The notes: generated from the letters alone by a model not told the origin. A DNA stretch of 64,000 bases from Octopus sinensis (GCF_006345805.1 NC_042997.1:96782001-96846000); one strand, 5' to 3'; numbered from the stretch's first letter, positions 12,310 through 25,530 are shown. Translations and numbers: made by a program.

Positions 12310-13982
12310 GATTTTATTCATTTTTCTGATTAATATTTTTGAAATCTACCTTCTGCATCAGGGTAGAGATATTTCAGTATGTTGTGTAATTTTTATGTCA
12401 CGTGTAGGATTTCTATGTGTTGTGGTGGTGCTGTGCGTGGATGATTGTTTGTTTTGACATTGTCTTGTGTTATGTTGGTGTATAATCTAGTGTATTGCAT
12501 CAGATCTGAATTGTTTGTGTTTATTGCTGTCAGCATCGGGGAGTCACTGCAGGTTTCTGTTTTTGTTAATGTTATTGTTTTGTGCGGGTGTTTTGGCTTC
12601 CCTGATTTTTTTTTATGCTTCCCTGATTTTTTTTATGCTTCTCTATTCTTTTTACTCCCTTTTTGTCCTTCCCCCTTTGGTCACTTACCATTCCTCCGTG
12701 TTGCCTTCATCGGACGACATGTCGGAGGAATCAGAAAGTGGGAGGAGGAGGGTATTGGGGGTCTATTTCTGAGTGTGTTAATGTTGATTTTGTTGTTGTT
12801 ATTGGTGCTGATTGGTGACAGTTGGGATGTGGTGTATAGGCTTTAGGGGATAGGCCATGAGTCCTTTTGTTTTTCTCTACTTCGTTTGATGCTTCTATAG
12901 TTGTTGTTGTTGATGGTGGTGGTGGTGGTGGTGGTGGTTGTGGTGGTGGTCATGATGGTGTTGTTTCTGTTCTTGGTGACGCTGATGGTGGTGTTGTTTA
13001 GTTGGACTGGTTTGTTGGTTGCTGTTGCTCTTTCTTTTCTTGGCAGAGCTGTTTTATCAGCTGTGCATATGGCGGTGAGGGTAGCAGTGCTTGTTTTTTA
13101 TTTGAATTTTGGTTTTCTTGTGGTGTGTCTTTTTACTTTTTTCTTCTTTTTTTTTTTGCTGTTGCTCCTTGAATATAGAACAATCAATTTTTAAGTGGTT
13201 TTTGCTGCCACGGAGGTGACAACCTAGTTTTCTACCTTCAACGGTGACATGTAAGTTTTTATCGAATCGGGTATATTTTCTATCGTTCTTCACTTGCTTG
13301 ACTCAAGATTTCGAAAGTCTGGCCCATCCAGTTCTGCTGATCTAGGATGGCAATTTCCAAGATGTTAATAACATCCTCGAAATTCTAGTAGATGGGTGAC
13401 ACCAGCCATTGTGCTTCAATTTCAGGGGACACATCTTTGATTTTGATTTTTGTGACTCTACGCCATAAGTATTTGTGACCCTACGCCCAAGTGATTCTGT
13501 AGAAAAGATTTTGGTTTGCTCTTCTGAGTCAAACCTGACTTCGACTTTTGCTCCTTGTAATGCATTTTTATGTGCTCATATGGGCCTTAAATATTTTTCG
13601 ATTATTTGTTGATTTATGTTTTCGGTTCTTATCGTTTTTAAATTGATTGTCTTGTATATAATTGTTTTTGTTAATATTTTCTAAAATAAGTTGTAGTGTG
13701 TTTAATTTTATTGTATTACCCTCCTTAGATAAAAAGGTGTCTTGTTTCCATTAATTGTTGTGGCGTAAATGAAACAACTCGTTTTCTTTGCCTCAAAACT
13801 GAAGCAAACTTACTTTGTTCGTGTGGTGGATGTTGTTGCTGTTGCTTAGGTAGTGGTGGTGGTGGCGGCGGCCGGTAGTAGAACAGTGGTGGTGGCAGTA
13901 GACCACCACCACTACTTCTTGCTTTCCTTACACACTTGCTTGCTTGGAACGCTGTTATCAATATGCATTGATGTAAATCAAC

Positions 13983-13985
<3 letters not shown>
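12310..13985 (-). pseudogene. L1/Tx1-clade 5' region and ORF1 remnant (gag-like zinc knuckle), collinear with the APE fragment
   Basis: VTVEGRKLGCHLRGSKNHLKIDC (degenerate CX2CX4HX4C, ~13190-13260), TKIKIKDVSPEIEAQWL and ALQGAKVEVRF upstream; low-complexity C-terminus. Confidence 0.6.
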
Positions 13986-14014
<29 letters not shown>

Positions 14015-14324
14015 ATTCAATGTTTTCTCTCCCCCTCCAACGTTCGGCAATGCAGGGAAATTAACGTGCATGAAAGACGATGGAACGCTAACCGCTTTAG
14101 ACAAGTTATCCATTTTTCAAGACAGATTGAAAAAATATTTTTTAAACGAAATTTAAAAGGCGAAAATACACCCGCAGGGCGGTGATTTTCGGAAAACCAA
14201 TTCAATCACACGATAGCTGATGTTACACGAAAGTTGATCACACGAAAGCTGATATAAACAAATATATATATATAAATACGAGAAATTGTTTAGACTTACG
14301 CAAACGAAAGCGACGACAGCCAAT

Positions 14325-14325
14325 C

Positions 14326-14392
<67 letters not shown>

Positions 14393-14836
14393 CAGACAGA
14401 TAGATAGACAGATAGATACATACATGCATACATACATACATACATACATACATACATACATACATACATACATACATACATAAGAATTATACATATACAT
14501 AAAAATGCGCAAACACACATATATACACACACACGCATGCTTGCATACTAAATACATACATATATATATACATGTATGCATGCATGCATACATACATACA
14601 TACACACACACATACATACATACATACATACATACATACATACATACATACATACATACATACATACATACATAATACATACGTACATACATACATAAGA
14701 ATTATACATATATATTCGAATAACTAGATATGAGTTTCCACCAGTGAACACTATAAGTAACACTGTCACTGAATAGTTTCACCTTTCTGCCTCTACTTAT
14801 GTACGCAATATACATATAAATGCACAAACACACACA

Positions 14837-14867
<31 letters not shown>

Positions 14868-15030
14868 CACCACACACACACACACTTATACACACGCGCA
14901 TGCTTACATACGTAAATACATACATACATATATACATACATGCATGCATGAATGTATGCATGCATGCATACATACGTACATACATACATACATACATACA
15001 TACATACATACATACATACATACATACATA
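14325..15030. repeat. Compound microsatellite block (GATA)n/(CATA)n/(CA)n, representative of dozens of such tracts in the window
   Basis: Direct reading; similar tracts include 7908-8024, 25410-25530, 26910-27070 (AAT), 45160-45800, 59880-60010 (TAT) and 62583-62880. Confidence 0.95.
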
Positions 15031-15212
15031 CAAGGTGAATTTCATTCCGAGAATTTCCATTCGTTTTCAGGAGAGAAATTTCGTATAAAAATCCGATCTC
15101 CTTCAAAGTAGGACCTTCGGACTTCAATATATCTTTTGTAGGTTTCCAGCCACTTCCTGAAAGTCCTATGAAAGTCTTCTAAAGTGAAGGTACCCAGGAC
15201 CTTTGTCAAAGT
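15031..15212 (-). mobile_element. Mariner transposase 3' end fragment
   Basis: EDFHRTFRKWLETYKRYIEVRRSYFEGD resembles mariner C-termini (W..R...C....G.YFEGD); ends at TA in (CATA)n. Confidence 0.65.
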
Positions 15213-16702
15213 CTCCTCTGTGTGTGTACGTGTGTTTCCGTGTATGTGTGCATTCGGATGTGTGTGTGTGCGTTCAGGTGTGTGTGGTATAGGCTTGTAT
15301 GTATGTATGTGAGGGTGTGTGCGTGTATGTATGCTAATCGTCAATGTTGAATCTATATCGGCCAAGTGTTCGAAGACAGAAAAAGGCAAACTGTAAAATA
15401 TTTTTTGAGCAATTATAGGTGTGTAGTCGTTGTTATGGCCGGTCAGAAGTTAACATGAGCTTCACGTATATCATTGTTTGTAGCAATATACGTGAACATT
15501 CAAACCTGCTGGCTGGAGGCGCATAACTGCTATACTAACGGAGGTAAGAATACGGTCTTGGTTAACAAGTTTGTGAAAGAAAAACATAGAAACAAAATTC
15601 TTTGAATGATCCCAGAGAAGCGCAAAGTTATGTCGCAAGCCAACTAGAGGACGAATGGAGAAGACTAGACCATACCTCAACGGGAGTAGATGATGTAAAT
15701 ATTGGTTGACCAAAACACCAAGGATCCTACATAATTCGCTTCATTCGAGAGCCTACTTAAATTCCAAAACTGAGATGTTTATTCGGTGCCTCAAGAGGGG
15801 AAGTTCGTGTTGCAGACATGAACTTCTCAGATTGCTGACTAGCGAACAGATCTCGTACATAATTTAACCCATTTCGGACACAACCGGAATCGTTCGAGAG
15901 GAAATAACTCAATCTCACCCAGAGAATCTGATGAATGCACATGTCAGCACTTTATGCGTAATAGGCAGAAACTGACGCGGCTACAAGCACAAACATTTTC
16001 ACACATGCACAGGAAGGGTGGCCTCACCACCTATCCAAACAATTTTTCCACACACAACATAAATTTTGGCGGGAAAAAATGTCGAATACTTTTTAAACGC
16101 AGCTGGTATGTAAAGATATACGATGTGCATACGTCTAGTAGTTGATTTACATGTGTGCGTGTGTGAGTGAGTGAGTGCGCGAGTGAGTGAGTGAGTGAGT
16201 GAGTGAGTGAGTGAGTGAGTGAATGAGTGAATGTGTGTCAGTGAGAGTGTGTCGCTGTGTGTGAGTAGTGCGTGGGTGTATGTTTGTGCGTGCGCATGTG
16301 TGTAGTACGTGCGTGTTTGTGTGTTTGAAATCACGTACATTCATAGAAAGATACATACATACATACATGCTGAAATAAATATTTATGTATACATAAATCT
16401 AATGATGAAGCAAGAACAGTGATAAGAATTTCATTAGACACCATTAAAAAAGAACAACTAAGATATTTTGGACACTTAATTAGAAAAATTGGTTTTTGGA
16501 GACTGATGAGAATCAAGAGTTAAATTAATCGACACAGCAAAAAAAATAGCATAGATTTAAATTGGAACGAATGAAGAGAAACCAAATTTTGTGCTATGGT
16601 ATTCATACTAAAAAGCAGGCGATACCACATTAAAAAAATGTACGCATACATGTACATATATCACAGGTATATGTAAATATAAGTGTGTAGTTTGATGTAT
16701 AT

Positions 16703-16766
<64 letters not shown>

Positions 16767-17249
16767 TGAAAGGATAGATAGATATGCATGCCTGTATATG
16801 TACTTATTTATCTGAGTATATATGTATCTACTTATCTATGTGTGTACGCATATGACTATAAACATATGCATAGAAACACATACATATGTATGATGACTAT
16901 ATATTTCAGCTGATAACCACAATTAACTACAATATGAACATGTATTGGTAAGAAACCAGTTAAACTTTGGGTTCCAGGTTTTTAATGCCTTCAGATTAAA
17001 CATCTAAGAAGAACCAGTTGTGTATGAAGCCGAATCTTGCTACAACCACTGGTCAACAAGAATAATTCCATTAGTTTTGTTGGTAGCAAATTCAGGAGTA
17101 GGTTTCGTTCTAACCATAACTAGCTTTTCAAGAGTATTTCTACGACACTGATTTATCAACAGCAATGTGGGCGAGTTCATGACGCAGGTTAAAATATCAA
17201 ATAGGTTTCCAGAGATTTTAAAGTAGGGTTTATTATGCCCCATTCATTA

Positions 17250-18560
17250 AGAGTAGACGCAAAAATAATTTATAGGTCTATCTCACAGTCATCACATATC
17301 AGTACTCTCGTGGAATGAATCTTTAGCAATTAATCCCATTCATTGAAGAAGATAACTTACAAATTAACGCCCAGCATGGTTCTCGACCAGGAAGAATCTG
17401 TTTGACAAAGTTCCAACAACACTAAACCTGAATGTTAAAACTTTGCTTAATCAATCAACTGAGGCAGTGATATGTCTCAGTTTTGCGAAAGCGTTCGATA
17501 AAATCGATCATGGAATAATATACGAGGTAACCGGAAACGTTCTCTGCTTCCGTGAAATTCTGTTATCTGCTATTGAAAATGACAGCCGAAACAATTGCCG
17601 TGCTTCAAACTGCTTACAAGGACACTGTCAAGAGTAAAACACAAGTTTACGAGTGGTTTTCACGCTTTAGAAATGGTCACTTTTTGCTTGAAGACTAACC
17701 TCGTTCGGGGCGACCGTCGATCACCCGAAAAAATGAAAACATCACAATTCATGGACTGATCTTAGAGGACTGTCGCCGAACAATTAACGATCTTGTTGAT
17801 ATAACTGGTGTATCCTGGAGCTCCTCCCAATGAATTTTGAACGAGAAGTTGCGAATGGAAAATGCAGCAAAATGTGTGCCTCACTTGCATACGGAAGATC
17901 AAAAGCTGTCACGACTGAATGCGTCTCGTGAACTGAAAGAATAGTTGGAAGTTGACCCGGACCTTTTTTTGAAAGTCATCACTGGTGACGAATTTGCAGA
18001 CGTGAAAGGAGTGAAGAAAACAAAGACGGAGGCGTCCAAAGGCATCACTTCGCAAGAGTTCCATCACTGCTTCGAACATGGAAAACGCGTCTGGGCCGAT
18101 GCATTACTTCAAATAGGGAATACTTTGAAGGCGATAAAAGTGGAAACATGTAAAACAAAGTGAATGAAATAATATTGCGGTTTCTTTTAAGTACTCCCTG
18201 GTATTTTACAAATTGTGAGACCTCAGCATAGTTGCAAAACCGGGGTGATGCCAGCATGGCTTTTTGTAAGACAAAAGTCAAGCAGTAATAGTCAATAGGA
18301 TAATTTTCCAGGAAGCAATGATGACGAGTGAAGTTCTATGGGATGCTGTTGTTTATAGTGGCCCTCTAATACATGCATAAGGTTGCTCTATCGTCAATAT
18401 TGCCAACTTCATTTGCTATACATACGATATAAAAGTATCCTATATGACAAAGATCTCTAAAGATGTTATATACCTACAATATGATTTAAGTACTGAAATT
18501 AAATGGGCTGAAGAAAATAATACGCAATTGAATGTTGAAAAATCACAAACCCTCTTCTAT
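17250..18560 (+). mobile_element. CR1/L2-type LINE reverse transcriptase remnant, split by the mariner at 17523-18201
   Basis: YRSISQSSHI, QHGSRPGRICLT, SFAKAFDKIDHGII before the insertion; KL.DL..., SQAVIVN, LQYDL..IKWAEENN..LNVEK after it. Confidence 0.75.
17523..18201 (+). mobile_element. Internally deleted mariner inserted at TA
   Basis: TA flanks at 17521-22 and 18202-03; degenerate TIRs; KTQVYEWFSRFRNG..LED.PRSGRP (HTH), KVITGDE fused directly to the C-terminal FADV..EF..CFE. Confidence 0.85.
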
Positions 18561-18813
18561 CAGCACACACAGATGCATAAAAGACACACAATGTATTCGA
18601 TCAAGGTGGATTGCAGTCCCTGATTCACAACTGGTACATTAACAGAAGTAATGATTCATCTTTTGATGAGCATATCACTACAATAGTAATAAGCTTTCAA
18701 GTCAATAGGACAGAAAGGCATGATGGTTCAGCTTGCTGACATAAGTGAAAATTGTATATAAAGATATATACATACATATTTATATATATAAATATTGGTG
18801 CATTTTTTACCAC

Positions 18814-18859
<46 letters not shown>

Positions 18860-19182
18860 TTGTATGTATGTTTGTGTGCATGTATGTATATATACATGTG
18901 TGTGTGTGCGTGTATAAATATAGTTATATAAAATTATTTCTATACACTCATACACTCACAGACCCACAGAGTTAATAAATTCTACCAAACATGTTAATGT
19001 TCATGCAAATAAAATTATATGAATTTAAATATAAAAAGCATTACAAAACAAAATACCTGAGGTGTATTAGAAACAGTTTAAAAGGACTTGTAATCAATTC
19101 ATTAAGGTGGAGTGTGTGCGTGTCTATGTGTGTGTATGTGCGTATGTGTATAGTGTACATACATACATGCTTACATACAGGC

Positions 19183-19213
<31 letters not shown>

Positions 19214-19834
19214 CATACATACATACATACATACATGCTAGAACATGAATTTTAATTTAATATTCCATCTAGGTTAATCGATATAATATAATATTACTGC
19301 TTGTTTCAGTGTAATAAATTCCATTGTTTATTGCATCTAATATGCTGTTTTATGTGTGATTATATATGTTTGTGTGTGTGTGTGTATGTGTATGTGTGTG
19401 TGCGTGCACATGCATGTCTACATTGTATATAAATACGTGCAGAAACACACACATAAATGTATGGAATTATATGTATGCACGCGTAAACACGCACTCGTAC
19501 ATGCATGGAATTCAATTAAGTTAGTTAATGTAAATGGTTTCATAGTAAATGAAATATATGTTAAACTTGGGAAAGCAATCGTATTGTGACATGAGTAAAA
19601 CTGGTGGCAACATGTCGTATTAGCGTATATGCTTGTTAATTAGTTAATTAAAATTGCTGTAACTAAAGATAGAGATTTAATAATACAACCTGTTGAACGG
19701 AACGAATGAAGGAAATGAGTGTTTGGTATGAGGCCAGGCCAAATGGGCATTGAGTAATAAAATTTTAATTAACCTCTATGCATCAATATTTCCGAAACCC
19801 CACCCCTTGTATTATTCTCAGCACTTTAAGACAA

Positions 19835-21630
19835 CCGTTAGCGCACTGGACGAAATGCCGCTACGTCTTTACACTCTGAGTTCAAATTCCGCCGAGGTCA
19901 ATGTAATTCAGTTTTGGGATCGATAAATTAATCGCCTGTCAAGTACTGGAGTAGATATAACCGACTATCACCCTCTCACAAAAAAACCACCAGTCCCGTG
20001 CCTAAATTTGAAACTATTATTCTTAGTACTTTTGTTCCTAGTGTTAATTCTTCCTGTGATTATTCTAATTTCATATTATTGGTATTCTTATTAAAAGCAG
20101 CGAGCTGAGAGAAACGTTAGCACGCCGGGCGAAATGCGTAGCCGTATTTCGTCTGCCGTTACGTTCTGAGTTTAAATTGCGTCGAGGTCGACATTGCCCT
20201 CCATCCTTTCGGGGTTGATAAATTAAGTACCAGTTACGCACTGGGATTGTGTAATCGATTTTATCCGTTTGTCTGTCCTTGTTTGTCCTCTCTGTGTAGC
20301 CCCTTGTGGGTAGTAAAGAAATAGGCATTTCGTCTGTCTTTACGTTCTCAGTTCAAATTCCGCCGTGGTCGACTTTGCCTTTCATCCTTTCGGGGTCGAT
20401 TAAATAAGTATAAGTTACGCACTGGGGTCGATATAATCAACTTAATCCGTTTATTTGTCCTTGTTTGTCCTCTCTGTGTTTAGCCCCTTGTGGGTAGTAA
20501 AAAATAGGCATTTCGTCTGCCGCTACGTTGTGAGTTTAAATTCCGCCGAGGTCAACTTTGCTTTCATCCTTTCGGGGTTGATTAAATAAGCACCATTTAC
20601 GCACAGGGGTCGATATAATCGACTTAATCCGTTTGTCTATCCTTGTTTATCCCCTCTGCATGTAGCCCCTTGTGGGCAATAAAGAAATAGGTATTTCGTC
20701 TTTTGCTACGTTCTGAGTTCACGTTTCGCCGAGGTCCACTTTTCCTTTCATACTTTCGGGGTCGATGAATTAAGTACCAGTGAAAAAAAACTGATGTCGA
20801 TGTGTTCTACTAGTCCCCTTCCCCAAAATTACAGGCCCGGTGGCGATCTGATGGAATCGTTAGCACGCCGAGTAAAATGCTTAGTGGCATTTCGCCCGTC
20901 TTTACGGAAATTGCTGGTCTTGTGCCCAAATTCGAAACCAATATCAAGAAGGCAGTGAACTGGCAGAATCGTTAGCACGCCGATTAAAATGCTTAGAGGC
21001 TTTTCGTTCGTCTTTATATTCTGAGTTTAAATTCTTCCGAGGTCGACTGTACCTTTCATCCTATCAGAGTCAATGAATTAGGTACTGGTTAAACACTGGG
21101 ATTGATGAAATCGATTTACCTCTCCCCAAAATTTCAGTCCTTGAGCCTTTAGTAGAAATAATTATTCTTATTCTTTCTTTATTTCGATATTTAATATCTT
21201 AATATCCTAATAAATCGAATTATTTTTTTATTTAATTTATGATTTTTAATGTTGATTTCAAAATTTGGCACAAGGCCATCAATTTCGGGGAAGAAGTTAA
21301 GTCGATTAGATCGAGCCAGTGTTCAACTAGTACTCATTTCATCGATCCTGAAAGGATGAAAAACAAAGTTGACCTCGGCAGAATTTGAACTCAGAACGTA
21401 TCGACGGACGAAATGCCGCTTAGATTTTTGCTAGGTGTGCTAACGATTCTGTCAGCTCCCTGCGTTTATGGTTATTAATATTAGTGTCTACGTTCTGAGT
21501 TCAAATTCCGCCAAGTCTATTTACCCTTCTATCCTTTTGGGTTCGATAAAATAGCTACTAGCTGAACACGGGGACGATTCATATAACCTACAAGATCCTC
21601 TCCTCCAAAATTTTAGGCATTGTACCTATA
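19835..21630. mobile_element. Cluster of ~9 copies or fragments of tRNA-derived SINE family B (conserved core gccgaggtcgactttgcctttcatcctttcggggtcgat...agtacc)
   Basis: Copies at ~19835, 20097, 20325, 20508, 20691, 20950 and 21485 (plus) and ~21290-21460 (minus); B-box gagttcaaattcc. The core resembles the Meta domain of MetaSINEs, from recall only. Confidence 0.85.
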
Positions 21631-21794
21631 AGAGAAAGAATTATTAATATTATCGTCACTATTGTTCTTATATTTGTTATTGTTGTTGATACTGATATCA
21701 TCGTGGCCCTCAACACTACACACTATCCAAAAAAATAGCCCCGCTAGAAACAGCCGACATCCTATGCAAGACACTAACAGGTCAATAATGCAAT

Positions 21795-22200
21795 CTTAAT
21801 AAGTTGAGCATGTCACTTAGTGGCTGACGATATGTACATCTCTGATCACTAGCAGGAGTAGTGGGGGATAATCATAGCCATGTGTTGAGAGGAATTCTTT
21901 GGGGTTTGGATAATTCACCTTTGGAAACATGGTTGTTTCGTTCAACATTCTTAAACAACCCTTATTCAGGGATCTTTTGAGCGGGATGGGCTACCCAACC
22001 TGAATAAAATTCTAACTAGGTTCCACCCGCAAGGTCATGCGCTGTTAATCTTGATATGAGATCACCATGTCGCTCACATATGGTTGTGATGCATGTGCCT
22101 GATGTACCCTTCTTAGACAGGTAGTCATGATGGGTATATTGGGCTTCGTATATTTGTACCTCAGTGTCACTTTGATGGCATGCACTGATCTATCACTCAA
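21795..22200 (+). repeat. Dispersed repeat family C ending in (AAT)n (probable LINE 3' end or LINE-tailed SINE)
   Basis: Clearly homologous to 27250-27655 and to a fragment at ~31105-31170. Confidence 0.7.
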
Positions 22201-22929
22201 TAATAATAGTAATAATAATTCTTTCTATTATAGGCACAACGCCTGAAACTTTGGAGGCGGCGGTAGTATTTTCAATTTCAATATATTTCCTGGCTTATTT
22301 TTGTTCCTGATCCTGAATTTCTTGGCTCCTTGTATTCGATTATGGATTAAGAAAGCCGGTTAATTCCTGTCAAGAAATGTATCCAACATTTCTTACGTCA
22401 AAAATGTTTGCATCGCATAAGGCACATCTGGCATTAATTGAATAGAAGATATAGTTTGGAGTCCATACATACGTACATGTATATATGTAGGTATGTTTGT
22501 ATATGCTGAAAATTGTATCAAATTTCTCATTCTTTCCCGACGTCTGATGAAATGAACTTGTACACGCATACATGAAACTAAGTTATGTGAAGCTAAGTCA
22601 AATAGTTATTAAATACACACACACACACACACACACGCACATATGCATACATGCATACATACATGCATACATACATACATAATATATACATAAATACATA
22701 ATACATAAATACATTATACATACATACATACATACATACACACAATCATACACACATATATATGTACATACATACCGTATCTATATATGATATTTTTAAA
22801 GTTTAATTTAAGTTCTTTTTGAGTGTTCCAACTGGTTATTAACAAAGCAAGATCTTTTGAGTGAAGTACTCGTTGTTTGTAAATATGTGGTGGAGTTGGT
22901 GTGTTGGTTGAACTGTCAATGCTCACGCC

Positions 22930-23690
22930 CAGGGTTTTGCGTCTATTCACATAAGAATCTCACATAGAGAATTTTTTGCAATATCTTACAAAGATTCACT
23001 GTGCCACTAACAGATTGGATTTGGAGATTCTGCTTCAGTTTCTTTTGCTCTTTTTCCGTGAAACCGAGTATTTCTAGGTCTGTGTGTAAATTTCTTGGTA
23101 TATAACCTAATGAGTATTCATAGTACAAGAACTGTAAGTTCCGAGTTAATTTGCTATAAACGTCCAAACAGCCTTTGAATGTCGCATTGTATCACCCAGA
23201 CAACACCAGCTGAACAGTGAAGAAATAATGAGTATATTCCAGGCATACACAAAAGTGAGAGCAACAGTATCTATAGAGTTGGAGAAGAACTACTGTGCAT
23301 GTATTCTGAAAATGCAACTGTCTCATGCGACCCAACGAAAGCTGTACAGGCCTCCCCAAACAGAAGCTTGGAGAAGAACCAGGCATCATACCAACTAAAA
23401 GTAATGCATGAATACATATCTCGTAAGTTAGAAAGCAGCAACAGTATTTACAGGAAGAGTAGCCTTTTCTGGGCCTGCGATAGATAAATTACATCGCATC
23501 TAGAAGGATATGCCTTTGCTATCCTGTACACTTGATTGTACATTCGCATCCGCTGGGCAGCTGACCTCTACAATAGTTCAGGACTTTTGTTCCCTGTCGC
23601 ACAGAATATAAGTTCTGTTATGTTCGCACCGAAATGATGTTATTGGGGTGTTCCGCCAGTTTTTAAAGGTGTGAATTTCCAGTTGGTTCT
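22930..23690 (-). mobile_element. R4/Dong-type (restriction-like endonuclease) LINE C-terminal remnant, rearranged
   Basis: Minus strand: WNTPITSFRCEHNRTYILCDREQKS*TIVEVSCPADAN (RLE-like), then LDVYSKLTRNLQ..LGY.P..L.TDL..LGF; 23185-23525 is a plus-strand upstream piece homologous to 25770-26100. Confidence 0.65.
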
Positions 23691-24019
23691 AATATGCATT
23701 TAATATATATATACATATATACAAATATATATATATTATATATATATATATATAGCAATTAAGGACAACTACTTAATAAGGAAAACTTAACAAGAAATTG
23801 TCAGGTAGATAGCGTGAAAACCTCATAAGAGAATAAATTTCGAAAATAATTATTTCTTATTGAACATATTAATTTATATATAGAGGGCATTATACATACA
23901 TTCCAGAGGGCATTATACATACATGCCACACGCTAAGAGGGACAATTAGTCATTTCTACCAAAAATATTACTAATCCCACCGAATGCAATTTTTCAAAGT
24001 AAGACATTTAAAAAATATA

Positions 24020-24065
24020 GACCTGTATCACAGTGATTTCATACTTACGTATTCATCAGCAGGTC
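24020..24065 (-). ncRNA. Compact type I hammerhead ribozyme
   Basis: Minus strand: gacctg-CTGATGA-atac gtaa gtat-GAAA-tcac t gtga-TA-caggtc; perfect 6-bp stem I. Confidence 0.85.
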
Positions 24066-24681
24066 TGAATGTATCATAAATAACGACCCTGCCCCGCTTA
24101 AGCCGATCAGCTAACTGATCAACATCAACGAAGCACATGGGTGAGTTTACATATATTACATCCTGTAAATGGCATACTTTTACGAATTGCATTTCGGGAA
24201 AGGAAAAGTTTTTTCGGAATAAAAATTTAGCAATTAAGGACAACTACTTAATAAGGAAAACTTAACAAGAAATTGTCAGGTAGATAGCGTGAAAACCTCA
24301 TAATATTTTTGGTAGAAATGACTAATTGTCCCTCTTAGCGTGTGGCATGTATGTATAATGCCCTCTGGCATGTATGTATAATGCCCTCTATATATAAATT
24401 AATATGTTCAATAAGAAATAATTATTTTCGAAATTTATTCTCTTATGAGGTTTTCACGCTATCTACCTGACAATTTCTTGTTAAGTTTTCCTTATTAAGT
24501 AGTTGTCCTTAATTGCTAAATTTTTATTCCGAAAAAACTTTTCCTTTCCCGAAATGCAATTCATAAAAGTATGCCATTTACAGGATGTAATATATGTAAA
24601 CTCACCCATGTGCTTCGTTGATGTTGATCAGTTAGCTGATCGGCTTAAGCGGGGCAGGGTCGTTTAGTTATGATACATTCA

Positions 24682-24727
24682 GGCCTGCTGATGAATACGT
24701 AAGTATGAAATCACTGTGATACAGGTC
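24682..24727 (+). ncRNA. Compact type I hammerhead ribozyme
   Basis: ggcctg-CTGATGA-atac gtaa gtat-GAAA-tcac t gtga-TA-caggtc; AUA cleavage triplet. Confidence 0.85.
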
Positions 24728-24884
24728 TATATGTTTTAAATGTCTTACTTTGAAAAATTGCATTCGGTGGGATTAGTAATATTTTTGGTAGAAATGACTA
24801 ATTGTCCCTCTTAGCGTGTGGCATGTATGTATAATGCCCTCTGGCATGTATGTATAATGCCGTCTATATATAAATATATATATA

Positions 24885-24916
<32 letters not shown>

Positions 24917-24921
<5 letters not shown>

Positions 24922-25299
24922 AAATCAAATTGCGATAAAATAAAAATAATTATAATCGCTGGTATTACTAACACAAGCCATATATTTTTCATATATCAGT
25001 ACATTAAGGCGAAATATGTGCTAGGAATACAGAAGCTTGATAAATTAAGTCAAATGAAGATAAAAACATTTACTAAACCGGTAATTCTCAGACTGCAGTC
25101 TGAGAATTCTGGTAGGGAATTCTGGTATATCGCCTGGTGCTCATAATTTATCGAGAAATATGTAAACAAATCAAATTGCGATAAAATAAAAATAATTATA
25201 ATCGCTGGTATTACTAACACAAGCCATATATTTTTCATAAATACCAGTTAGTAATACCAGCGATTATATTATTTTTATTTTATCGCAATTTGATTTGTT

Positions 25300-25301
<2 letters not shown>
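24917..25301. repeat. ~246-nt unit, 1.3 tandem copies plus an inverted partial copy, between (TA)n tracts
   Basis: taaacaaatcaaattgcg at 24917 and 25163; reverse complement at 25248-25301; internal 26-bp palindrome at 25083-25108. Confidence 0.85.
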
Positions 25302-25330
<29 letters not shown>

Positions 25331-25420
25331 TATATGTATATATATATATAAATAAGCAACAAGCATGACTCCGGTAATTTGGTACAATTGTTTCGCACTA
25401 TATATAGATAGATAAGTAGG

Positions 25421-25530
<110 letters not shown>

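Larger units (their letters stand above)
23753..24875. mobile_element. Head-to-head inverted tandem array of ~475-nt HHR units between (TA)n tracts
   Basis: Minus arm 23753-24300 (period 475) and plus arm 24301-24875 (period 476). Confidence 0.9.

Noticed and set aside
20097-20830. Regularly spaced repeats superficially like a CRISPR array
   Set aside because: Whole ~182-bp units are homologous SINE bodies with no unique spacers, in a eukaryotic context
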